NCBI GenBank assembly: GCA_038143065.1
Contig: JAYQLI010000036.1
Location: 1-30,402 of the forward strand
Direction of reading: 5' to 3'
Length of the DNA stretch: 30,402 nucleotides
DNA from: Rhodospirillales bacterium
GTDB lineage: Bacteria > Pseudomonadota > Alphaproteobacteria > Bin95
Part shown: one piece after another, positions 1-8,818 of the stretch
How positions within the stretch are numbered: position 1 is the stretch's first letter
Layout of the letters: every line of letters starts with the position of its first letter
Translations under genes and position numbers: made by a program
The notes under the pieces: model-generated
Database searches by the model: none
Seen by the model: the letters and a program-made list of their open reading frames with translations, nothing else
What the model was told of the DNA's origin: nothing

Positions 1-100
1 GAATCCAGCTATAACAATAGCTTAGCAGATCATCACAAATGGTAAACTATTAAAACCTTACCTGCAACCTTGCCTGAACCAAGGTCCAGGACCGGGGACC
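1..100 (+). repeat. Att-arm repeat copy 1 (cut by the window edge, short heptamer tract)
   Basis: 1-84 aligns ungapped with 8425-8508 (7 mismatches in 84, counted by hand); followed by heptamers accaagg/tccagg/accgggg, then diverges near 100. Confidence 0.92.
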
Positions 101-128
101 GCTGCTCTGAGGCAAACGTTTAAATCTA

Positions 129-1568
129 TTATTTCTGGTTCACGAATTCTGCATTAACCCCGGGGGGAGGTGTAGCACCGAATCCGCCTTTTGCGACAAC
201 GGCCTCTATGCCGCCATTTGCGTTTACGATAGCCATCTGATCAGCCTTCGCCATGGCATCTACTGCTTCTGGGTCACATATTGACCGAAGTTCGGTTTCC
301 AATTGTCTGCGTATGCCATCGTGCTTTGGGTTGGCACCAAGATCACACAATTCTTGCGGGTCCTCAGCTAAATTGAATAACTGTGGCTGCATTGATACAT
401 AATAGACCAATTTCCACTGTCCTTTGCGGATCATAAAAGCACCAGTTGCTGATCCCACAGCATGATATTCAGAAAAAACCAATCTCTCAAAATCATCTGC
501 AGCGTTTGCCAAATCGACGAGCGATTTACCTGGCTTTGCCATTGGGTTGATACCTGCGGTTTTTAGTATCGTTGGGTAGACATCAATCAAGGAAACAGGT
601 GTTTTTGAGGTTTTACCCGAGGGAATTCCTGGGCCTTTTACAATGCAGGGTATACCTACTGACTCTTCATAGAAAGTTCGATTTTCCCCATAATTCCCGT
701 TCACCAATGTTATCACCGTGATCGCTGAGGTAAAAAATCTGTGTGTTGTCGGTAAGACCATTGTGTTCAACCGCTCCTAAAATTTTGCCAATCAAATCAT
801 CAATGAACGTGACAAGCCCGTAATAGGATGCCAGCGCAACCCGTGTTCGCTCTAATGTAAAGTTATCCATGATTTGACAATTTCGCATGGCGTAATGCCA
901 AGGATGCTCTGGGGACTCCCGGGGTTTTGTGGGCATCAAACCAAGCTTGTCATAGAGATCGTAGAATTCTTGCGGTGCGATCAACGGAAAGTGCGGTGCT
1001 ACCATGGATACAAACAGCACCCAAGGTTTCTTTTGTTTGCCATTCGTGGCTAACCACTCTATCGCTTCAGTTGCTACCTGACGGTCATAAATATTGTAGT
1101 CAGTCTCCCTGGGCCAATCTTTTCAGCCATAGACAAAGACTTCCAGCGCTTTGGTAAAGGTTCCCTAACGCAGCCCAGCACATCACCAGTCCCGTTGACT
1201 ACATGCATTGGTATTTTTTGAAAATCCAACCCCACGTCGTCATCTGAGTTACGGTAATGTAGTTTGCCGATTGACCCCACTGTGATACCGGCTTTTTGTA
1301 GCTCGTTGCCCCAAGAGTTTGGTGTGCCAAAATAGGGCGTGGCGTTATCCCAATGACGCGAACGGTGCGCATAATCTCCTGTTGCAAAGGAGGCTCTGGC
1401 GGGCACGCAAATAGGCACATTGGTGTATGCGTTTTCAAATAATGTCCCCTTAGCCGCAAGTTGATCGATATGGGGTGTTTTAACCATTTTATTGCCATAA
1501 CAACCAAGAACCTTCCGCGTGTGCTCGTCAGTCATTAATATGAGCTGGTTAACGGGTCTGTCTTGCAT
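129..1568 (-). CDS. Sulfatase (choline-sulfatase-like, formylglycine-dependent), split over three ORFs by probable indel errors
   Basis: DEH..TPHIDQLA..G, CVPAR (CxPxR), GKLH, APHFP, SDHGD..G..WGK, QLFNLAEDPQE across ORFs 1074-1613, 667-1020 and 129-770; ATG at 1568. Confidence 0.9.
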
Positions 1569-1826
1569 TAGTGAGCGTCCTCTTGGGCAGTGAACTTTAG
1601 AAAGGGCAAGCAAAGCTTATCTGTAAGGAAATAAAATTAAAACCTTCTAAGTGAGGGCACCTATATATTTTAGGAAATGTCACAGTTGCGCATTGCTTGC
1701 CGTTCATTATTCAAAAGCCTTCTAGAAATGTTGCTGAAACCCGATACAGATCCTCGCAGAGCTCATGCTTTTCCTGTTCGGGCATTACAAACTTCATCAA
1801 TAAAAAATTTCCAAAGGAGCTGGCCC

Positions 1827-3050
1827 TTACCTTTTGAGCGTACCGTCCAGCGCTGCGATCAACTTGGTCATGTCCGCGGTAGATGTATAATGGACAAATG
1901 ATAGTCTTACTGCGCCTGCGTCTGGGTCAAGACCCATCTGATTAAACAATCTGGCGGCATAATAATGACCTGCACCCGCCATGATGCCCTTGCTTGCCAA
2001 TTTTTTGCCAATGTCAGCGGCTTTCATATGCGGGACCACGAAGCTTATTGTGGCCGCCCGCGCCTCAGGATCAGAAGACCCAATCAAGTGCACATCATTT
2101 CGCGATTCAATATATTCAAGCAACGTCCTGATATGAGGGGTTTCAGCACTTTTGAAAAGGTCAGTTATTCGGCGCGGGCGCTCACTATCGTCTTGACCAC
2201 CATGGTGCGCGTCTAAGGCATCAAAATAATCGATAACACCATTCGCAGCAGCCACCTGAGCATGATCCGGCCCAGCTGGCACCATCCATTTCATTGGATT
2301 ATCATGATTGAAGAAATGAGATTGCGGCGCAAACAATGGTCGTGCAGCATTTCGAATAACCATAACCCCTTGGTGAGGACCATAGGTTTTATAAGTTGAA
2401 AACAGGTAAACATCTGCACCCAGCGCATCCACATCAGGAAAGCCGTGCGGGCAATAGGATACCCCATCAACCAGTAAGAGCCCTCCTGCTTCATGTGTCG
2501 CGTCGGCAATTTGGCGCACTGGATTAATTTCACCAACAAGGTTGGAACAATGAGTGACGGCGACTAAGCGAACTTTATTGTCGAGCAAGGAAAGCAAGTC
2601 AGAAAGCCGCAGCCGCCCATCTGCAGGATCGACAGGCCATATACGAACATCAATGCCATAATCAGCAAGTTTGCGCCAAACTCCACTGTTAGCCTCATGC
2701 TCCTGCGCTGAAACAATGATAGCCTCACCCTCAGCAAGTCTTTCAAGGCACGCCCATGCAAGCACATATGTGTTTTGTGAAGTTGAAGGACCAAAAAGGA
2801 CTTCGTCGGCATCAACATTCAGATAACGAGCAAAACGTATCGGTGCCAGATCCATTTCTTCGCCAGCAATTTTTGAAGCGGCAAAAGCATAATAGGGCTG
2901 CACCTTGCGCTGCTCAAAATAGCGATTGAAACGATCGATCACCTGTTGACACATGTAGGATCCACCAGCGTTCTCAAAGAATGATTGTCCGTTGAGCGAC
3001 GGCGTTGCAAATGCGGGAAATTGGCGGCGAACAAAGTCAAGATCTATCAT
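1827..3050 (-). CDS. Aminotransferase class V / cysteine desulfurase-like PLP enzyme
   Basis: Intact 407 aa; VRRQFP..FENAGGS, EHEAN, HCSNLVG, VDGVS, FSTYKTYGPH (PLP lysine), VRLSFVHYT. Confidence 0.9.
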   Translation of the reverse strand: MIDLDFVRRQFPAFATPSLNGQSFFENAGGSYMCQQVIDRFNRYFEQRKVQPYYAFAASKIAGEEMDLAPIRFARYLNVDADEVLFGPSTSQNTYVLAWACLERLAEGEAIIVSAQEHEANSGVWRKLADYGIDVRIWPVDPADGRLRLSDLLSLLDNKVRLVAVTHCSNLVGEINPVRQIADATHEAGGLLLVDGVSYCPHGFPDVDALGADVYLFSTYKTYGPHQGVMVIRNAARPLFAPQSHFFNHDNPMKWMVPAGPDHAQVAAANGVIDYFDALDAHHGGQDDSERPRRITDLFKSAETPHIRTLLEYIESRNDVHLIGSSDPEARAATISFVVPHMKAADIGKKLASKGIMAGAGHYYAARLFNQMGLDPDAGAVRLSFVHYTSTADMTKLIAALDGTLKR

Positions 3051-3276
3051 GTGAAACCCTCAGGAGTTTAGTTCGTTGGTTTGTACCAGAAACCCTCGAT
3101 ACTAATAATTTGGCAGGATTAGCTCCGACAACAAGCGTAAACTGATAGGGACGGCGGATAACGTTTTAAACATAAACTCTTCCCCCTCGTGGAAATGAAT
3201 ATCTGTCACCTAATAATAAAAACTCAAGTTCTAGCCAAAATATAGTTCTGTATAGCGATGAGCTACCCAATTAGCC

Positions 3277-3374
3277 CCGGACACCTGGACACTCCGTAGG
3301 AGTGTGTCCTGTCCGTCCGGTAGTTCGGCCCCGGACATAATCTTAATTGTCCGGGTTATGTCCGGTCTGTCCGG
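3277..3374. repeat. Cluster of (CC)GGACA/TGTCC(GG) inverted and direct repeats with a central hairpin; replication-origin-like
   Basis: ccggaca 3277, ggacac 3287, perfect stem acactcc-gta-ggagtgt 3289-3305, tgtcc x2, ccggacataa 3331-3340 inverted to ttatgtccgg 3356-3365, tgtccgg 3348 and 3368. Confidence 0.7.
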
Positions 3375-3520
3375 CATCATGGATTTTAAGGGTGTAGATA
3401 TCATGTTTGACCTCGAGAAAAACCTTTTCAACAGGGTTTTTTCGCGCGCGTTCAAAAGCTTTTTGCTTCGCTTCTTGTGTGTCCGCTGTCTATCTCTGGT
3501 AAAAGATCGTCCGCCCACAA
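3343..3520 (-). pseudogene. C-terminal remnant of a RepA/AAA_25-type primase-helicase of integrative elements
   Basis: A frame absent from the ORF track reads RTIFYQR*TADTQEAKQKAFERARKNPVEKVFLEVKHDIYTLKIHDAGQTGHNPDN*, resembling the C-terminus of these helicases; one in-frame stop; runs into the repeat cluster. Confidence 0.5.
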
Positions 3521-4159
3521 TTGAAGAGGCCACGGAACGGTGGTTTCATGACGCAGATCTGGCACTCATGTGTATGGATGATGATGGGCTAGAGCGGCAT
3601 ATAGAAGACAAGCCTATGACTTGTTAGACATTATTTACCCGCTTTAAGAATGATGTAAGAGCTATAATAGACGGCGCTTTTTGTTGGGACACAAACGCTT
3701 CGTAGAAACACTGAGGGAAAAATTAAAACATGACCCAGAATTTGAACTGGTCCGATTGAGTGACGGCAAAGCTGTAAGGCGGCGGATTCTTGTGTAAGAG
3801 TGTAGGAAGCTTTTTATCCTTCATCCTTACCTTACCAATGTTATTAGGTAGGTCTTATTTTTGGGATTTCTTTCGACACTTCTACACTGCGTATGAAAAT
3901 AGACCGCTCTGGCTGGGGGTTGAAATTAACATTCCTGGATCCAGATCCGCGTTTCAAGCGTCTAGGACCACCATCCTCTGGCCAAACTCTGTGAACTGAT
4001 GTTAGCTTTTGTTATTGCTAATATCCATTGGCAGAAGCTGGTGATGCATCAAATGTTCATATTTGGCTGGGTGCCATTAGCCACATATTCTCTGATACTA
4101 CCGTCATTTTGTCCGGCGGTAGCATCAGAGTTTGTTGGTTTGAATTTTAGAGTATTTGT

Positions 4160-5005
4160 TTAGTCAGCATTTAGAACTGTAAATATTCCTGAAAATGGAG
4201 CTGAACCATATTCCTCAGGAATTGCATCATTACCATTATTGCTCATGAACTGAGTACCCTGACCGGTTAAACGAAACTGGAAGTTAAGGCCATAGGTTTG
4301 CGGCGTAATCGCAAATGGAATGGCTAGGTTCATCACCCCAACCACATGTGTTCTAAGTGTACATGGGCCTGCGGTTCCAGCAGCACTTCGCAATTTTGCA
4401 GAGTTAGTGATAAAACCATCAATAGTACCGCCAGTAACTACCGCGCCTAGGTAGCCTGAGAAGCAAGTGGGACCGCCAAAATTATCAAGGGACTCAGTCC
4501 TGTCAGCTGCTGGACCAGTTTGATCGGCACTACCATTTGCTAAGCCATACCAAACGGTGCCGTCTCCTGCAGTAAAAGTGGTCTTTGTAACAAATTGATT
4601 TTCGAACAGAATGTACGGATACCCATAAGTTCCGACTGGCGGTAAGGTACTTTCTCCATCCATTCCAAGCGATGTACCAATCAAGGCCGCAATATCTGTT
4701 GCGGTTGGCGTTGTGTCACTGTAAACAACGGAGCAGGTGGAGGCGTCAAACGCTTCAGCATCCTTACTGGTTCCATAGGGGTGCGCTGTACAAACACCCA
4801 TCTCGACAACTGTAATTTCGTATTTTTGAGGCGTTGCACCGCACGCCCCACTAGCTGGTGTTTGAGAAATAATGCCATTGGTACCGGCAGTTGCAACACA
4901 AGGGTTCATGGTCTCAGCGTCTACCTTTGCTCCTAAGGCAAAAGCATTAGCAGTTAGAAACAAAGAGCTAAGAAGTATAGTGAGTTGTGACAACAGATTT
5001 CTCAT
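4160..5005 (-). CDS. Secreted hypothetical protein (Gly/Thr/Ala-rich, several Cys)
   Basis: Intact ORF; signal peptide MRNLLSQLTILLSSLFLTANAFA; GGAGG RBS; starts 1 nt after the upstream stop. Confidence 0.8.
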   Translation of the reverse strand: MRNLLSQLTILLSSLFLTANAFALGAKVDAETMNPCVATAGTNGIISQTPASGACGATPQKYEITVVEMGVCTAHPYGTSKDAEAFDASTCSVVYSDTTPTATDIAALIGTSLGMDGESTLPPVGTYGYPYILFENQFVTKTTFTAGDGTVWYGLANGSADQTGPAADRTESLDNFGGPTCFSGYLGAVVTGGTIDGFITNSAKLRSAAGTAGPCTLRTHVVGVMNLAIPFAITPQTYGLNFQFRLTGQGTQFMSNNGNDAIPEEYGSAPFSGIFTVLNAD

Positions 5006-5006
5006 A

Positions 5007-6013
5007 TTAAACTCCTCCAATTCCAGCAACGAACTTGGTTTGGATTACAATTGCGTTATTACGCCGAACCTTATCGAGCATTTTTGTCTTTCATCGACGC
5101 GCTCTCAAACATTTCACTTGAGAATAATGGCTTGCTAGACTGGGCGGCCGCAGCCCCCATTGGAATGGTGTAGGTTAATTGGCCAAAATTCTCGTCTTTT
5201 GAAGCCCATCATAGTCTCTGCGACCAAGCTCAACCTGAACACCGTTTATCAACTGTGAAAAGGCAAGGCTGTAGGTATTACCCTTAGTGTCACCAGCGCC
5301 GTCTTCGCCCTTCCATTTCCAATTTTTCACATAAAGCTTTGCAGCGGGCATATAGGGAATTTGTGCGCCAAGCTCGATATCATGCCCGTCCAGTGCCCGT
5401 TCTTGATTGCCGCTCTTGCCTTTTTCCATTTGGTTAGGGCCTTGTAGCTGTTCGCAGTCAATTCGAAGGCCGAGGCTTTCAACTCTGCCCCAAGGCTGAC
5501 CCGCTGATGCCCATACTTTGGATCATAATCAAGAAATGCGTTGAAACCAGTAAGAACAGTTTCGTCGTCACTGAGGTAACGACGCCCCAAAAGGTTGATT
5601 ACTGCTCTTGAGTTGGCGTTACCAATCGATGACTGCATGAAAGTCTGCGCCTGACCATCATCACTAGGCTCAAAGCCTTTTACGTTTGTGATAAAGTAGC
5701 GTGTCTTTTTGCTTTTGATGCCAGTGATGCTGATGTCAGTTTTGGAGTAGGCCATGGAACTGTCTATAGCAGCAGCAGTTGACATGGCAGCTTTATCAAC
5801 GCTTTTCTTCACAACACCGTCAACCAAAGCCTGCTCTGGATTGGCACTGCCTGCCGCATCAGATGCCATCTTGGCAGCGGTTTCCTGACGTTGACCCGCG
5901 CTATCATCCGGGCCGAAAACAAAATCGACCGTGTTATTCCACCCACTGCTGATCGAAGAACAGCCAGTGAGGGACAGCAAAAGCACACTGCCTGCGAGTT
6001 GGGACTTTTTCAT
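5007..6013 (-). CDS. Inverse autotransporter (intimin/invasin-type) beta-barrel protein with a lipoprotein signal and no passenger
   Basis: Lipobox LTG-C; IN.G.RYL, GFNAFLDYD..HQRVSLGAEL, LTANSY, ERALDGHDIE.GAQIPYMP; after indel correction ends ..MLDKVRRNNAIVIQTKFVAGIGGV* (stop 5007-5009). Confidence 0.85.
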
Positions 6014-6374
6014 AATTTACGACTCAGCATGTAAATAGCGATCGATATCAAGCGATCAACTTTCATCAGATTAGCAAGTCATAACAAACTATGGATATAT
6101 TAGCTAGCGGCAAAAGCTTTAAAGGCGAACGCGAAGGTGGGTTTGGCATCAATAACATGATAACGCGCGCCAGAAAAATAAACGCCAAAATTGACCTTGC
6201 ACCGATTGCTGGTGGGGCAATTCTTACCATCCATTTGCCTTAATCACTGGTTTATTGCTGGCGGATAATCATTTGAAATGGAGAAAGACGAGGTTTTTTA
6301 CGATTTGGTGGTAGGTCTTTAAAGTCAAAATTTTGTGGCTATCATTTCGCAAATCTGTGCCGTTAATCATCTCT

Positions 6375-6860
6375 ATGAAAGCTCAACTATCTATTCTATG
6401 CCTATTAATGGCAAGTGCAATGGCGCTAATTCAATCGCATGCTGCGGTGGCCGAAAAAGGCCTTGTCTGCAGCAAAGCAGAGGATCTTTTATCTCAATGG
6501 ACCGTGAGTGATAGGCCATTATTATCTGTGGTTGCACATTGGTTTGATGAAAAAAGGGTCTCAACACTCACTTGGCAACGAAAAAATGACAGCATTGAGA
6601 TGAAGGCAACACGCCGCGGTGTCCCCTATGAAACTGACATGTCGTCAATAAAGTGGACATTGAGCACTAACGGTCAAGAAATCAATATTTCAATAGACCG
6701 CAACACTGGCCAAAGGTCAGTTATGAAAGATGAAATAGCGGTTGTCTCTGTTGATTGTGAATTATTTGACTCTGAAAAGGCGTTTCAGGAGAAATTGAAA
6801 GAATTAACAAACAGCCTTCAGTTAAATTATGACTCAGCGATTGCAAATCACAAATTGTAA
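6375..6860 (+). CDS. Secreted hypothetical protein
   Basis: ATG 6375, signal peptide MKAQLSILCLLMASAMALIQSHAAVA; two Cys in the mature part; IDRNTG motif. Confidence 0.7.
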   Translation: MKAQLSILCLLMASAMALIQSHAAVAEKGLVCSKAEDLLSQWTVSDRPLLSVVAHWFDEKRVSTLTWQRKNDSIEMKATRRGVPYETDMSSIKWTLSTNGQEINISIDRNTGQRSVMKDEIAVVSVDCELFDSEKAFQEKLKELTNSLQLNYDSAIANHKL

Positions 6861-6940
6861 GACCTCTAACATTGTCTGAATTATTTTAGCGACAGAAATC
6901 ACTTACGTCAAAAACAAACAGGTGGTCGATCAATCAAGTA

Positions 6941-7236
6941 AACCGGCCCCTTGAGCCGCAAGCCCCTGAGTCCTGCGCCCACCCCTCTAATCAAGTCCAA
7001 ATCTGATTAAGAAACGGCTCCAGTAACCCCGGTCCGTGGTCCACGGTGCTGGACAAGTTTCTGAAACCCAAACCTTGGCTCATGATGCTCGAAACTTGGT
7101 CCTCGAACCTCGGACCTTGGTTCAGGCAAGGTTGCAGGTAAGGTTTTAATACTTGACCATATTTAACGAAATGCTAAGCTATTGTTATAGCTAGATTCAG
7201 TCACGAATTGGCGCTGTGGATAGGCATCGAACTTCT
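6941..7236 (-). repeat. Att-arm repeat copy 2 (inverted), joined directly to the integrase coding sequence
   Basis: Reverse complement of 7115-7236 matches 8387-8508 ungapped (15 mismatches in 122); ~13-14 heptamers; weaker similarity continues through ttactg to about 6941. Confidence 0.92.
7153..7180 (+). promoter_or_regulatory. Putative sigma70 promoter within the repeat, facing the integrase
   Basis: TTGACC-N16-TAAGCT with an extended -10 TG at 7172-7173. Confidence 0.35.
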
Positions 7237-8300
7237 CAGCATCGCTTCCAAAAAGCGTAAGATTGAAGTATCCCCTGCGCACGAAATCAAACAAAGGCTG
7301 CTAAATCTGCCGCGGCGCTGTCTGATCGGCTCGAGCGATATTGGGATAGTCTCCGGATGGAGATGATCTATTCATTGGGAACTTGGTTTGAGGGTGCAAC
7401 GCCAGACGCTAAGACTTGTTCCAGTGCCAAAGCTTTTCTATAACAGAGGCGCTGGCGCTCTATCATCGTTTGAAGGGTGTTGGAAAGACAAAGCTGTTTT
7501 TCGAGTCCTCAGAACGAAGCATGCGCTACCTGATAGATTGTCTGGGGCATGATGATTTGGCGGTACTTAAAATTTCAGATGCTGGTCGGTTTCGGGATTA
7601 TCTATTCGATCGGGGTATGTCTTCATCATCAGTAAAGCGGGTATTCTCATCTGTGCGAGCAGTGATCAATCTCGCCATTCGAGAACAGGGCCTATCCATC
7701 AATAACGTGTTCAGCGGCACATTCATTCCAGACGATGAAGCCAAGACGCAACGCTTACCCATCCCAACTGATTCGCTACTAACCATTCAGGATGAATGTA
7801 TGCAGTTGGATGATGAACCAAGATGGTTGATTGCCCTTATCAGCGATACTGGTATGCGCTTATCAGAAGCCTGTGGGTTGCTGACATCCGATATATGTTT
7901 GGATGGCGAATTACCGCACATCACCCTTGTTGCGCATCCTTGGCGGCGGTTGAAGACAGGGCCTAGCTCGAGGTCAATTCCACTGGTTGGCGCGTCTTTT
8001 TGGGCAGCAAAGCAAATCGTAAAGCAAGGCCATCAATTTGCCTTCCCTAAATTCTGCAACGAGTCCAAGTGCAATGCTAACTCTGCAAGTGCAGCGCTGA
8101 ACAAATGGCTAAAGCCTCGTGTTCCCAACGGATGTGTTATCCACTCGTTCCGACATAGCTTAAGAGACAGGCTCGGGCTTATCGAATGTCCTGCTGATGT
8201 AATCGACTCCATAGGTGGGTGGACCACCGAGGGCGTTGGGCACCAATATGGTAAAGGTCACAGCTTGCTGGTAATGAACAGATGGATGAAGAAGCTATGA
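7237..8300 (+). CDS. Tyrosine recombinase/integrase with a DUF6538-like N-terminal region; apparently 5'-truncated at the repeat junction
   Basis: DTGMRLSEA (R), RLKT (K), HSFRH (HxxR), GGW, QYG (Y); upstream of the called ORF the indel-corrected reading is QHRFQKRKIEVSLRTKS..AAKSAAALSDRLERYWDSLRME. Confidence 0.92.
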
Positions 8301-8370
8301 ACCTCGGTTCAAGAACCAAGATCCGAGAAAACAGTCACTTGTATCTCGGTCCACGGACCTTGAACTTGGG
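8301..8370 (+). repeat. Degenerate heptamer tract between the integrase stop and the tRNA fragment (second att arm)
   Basis: In-register 7-mers acctcgg ttcaaga accaaga tccgaga [aaacagt cacttgt] atctcgg tccacgg accttga acttggg. Confidence 0.7.
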
Positions 8371-8373
8371 AAG

Positions 8374-8396
8374 TGGCGCGCTCGGAAGAAGTTCGA
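8374..8396 (-). mobile_element. att core: 3'-end fragment of a tRNA-Arg
   Basis: Minus strand TCGAACTTCTTCCGAGCGCGCCA = T-loop-like + T stem + acceptor CGAGCGC + G discriminator + CCA, as in tRNA-Arg; no 5' half of a tRNA; 74 bp from the integrase stop. Confidence 0.7.
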
Positions 8397-8712
8397 TGCT
8401 TACACACAGCGCCATCCAGTGACTGAATCTAGCTATAACAATAGCTTGGCAGATTGTCACATATGGTCAACTATCAAAACCTTACCTGCAACCTTGCCTG
8501 AACCAAGGACTTCGGTTCGAGGCCCAAGGTCCGAGTTTCACGGACCATTGTCCAGCAGCCACGGATCAAGCGCTGGGGTTACTGCAGCACTTTCCTATTT
8601 CAGAATGACTTTGGCCGAGGGGGTGGGGCCTAGATTGGGCTGGGCGTTGCGCTCGGACCTCGGGAGCTTTGATGGGTTGGCAAAGGCAATGAGGTGTAAA
8701 TTCATCCTTAAG
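8387..8712 (+). repeat. Att-arm repeat copy 3 (most complete, ~326 bp)
   Basis: Core-proximal 122 bp shared with copy 2 (84 bp with copy 1), 11 heptamers at 8502-8578, distal ~130 bp shared with 15437-15563. Confidence 0.92.
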
Positions 8713-8818
8713 TAGAGGATAAAGTTGCCGCTGAAATGATCAGGCCATACGCCCCTCTGCCATACCCATAGGTATATATAGTTATATATAAAAAGATAAT
8801 AAGACAGATACGGTTTCG

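Noticed and set aside
3231-3999. ORFs 3231-3533, 3304-3627 and 3790-3999 as real genes
   Set aside because: No recognisable motifs; the first two overlap the repeat cluster and the helicase remnant in a different frame or strand.
8374-8450. Complete tRNA gene
   Set aside because: Only the 3' 16-23 nt fit; no D arm, anticodon arm or matching 5' acceptor strand. The same applies at 15716.
7020-8580. Insertion sequence with terminal inverted repeats around the recombinase
   Set aside because: The enzyme is a tyrosine integrase, the repeats' defined ends face inward, and no target duplication was seen.
8419-8715. 98-aa ORF
   Set aside because: Lies wholly within the att-arm repeat; the heptamer tract changes length between copies and no protein motif is recognisable.
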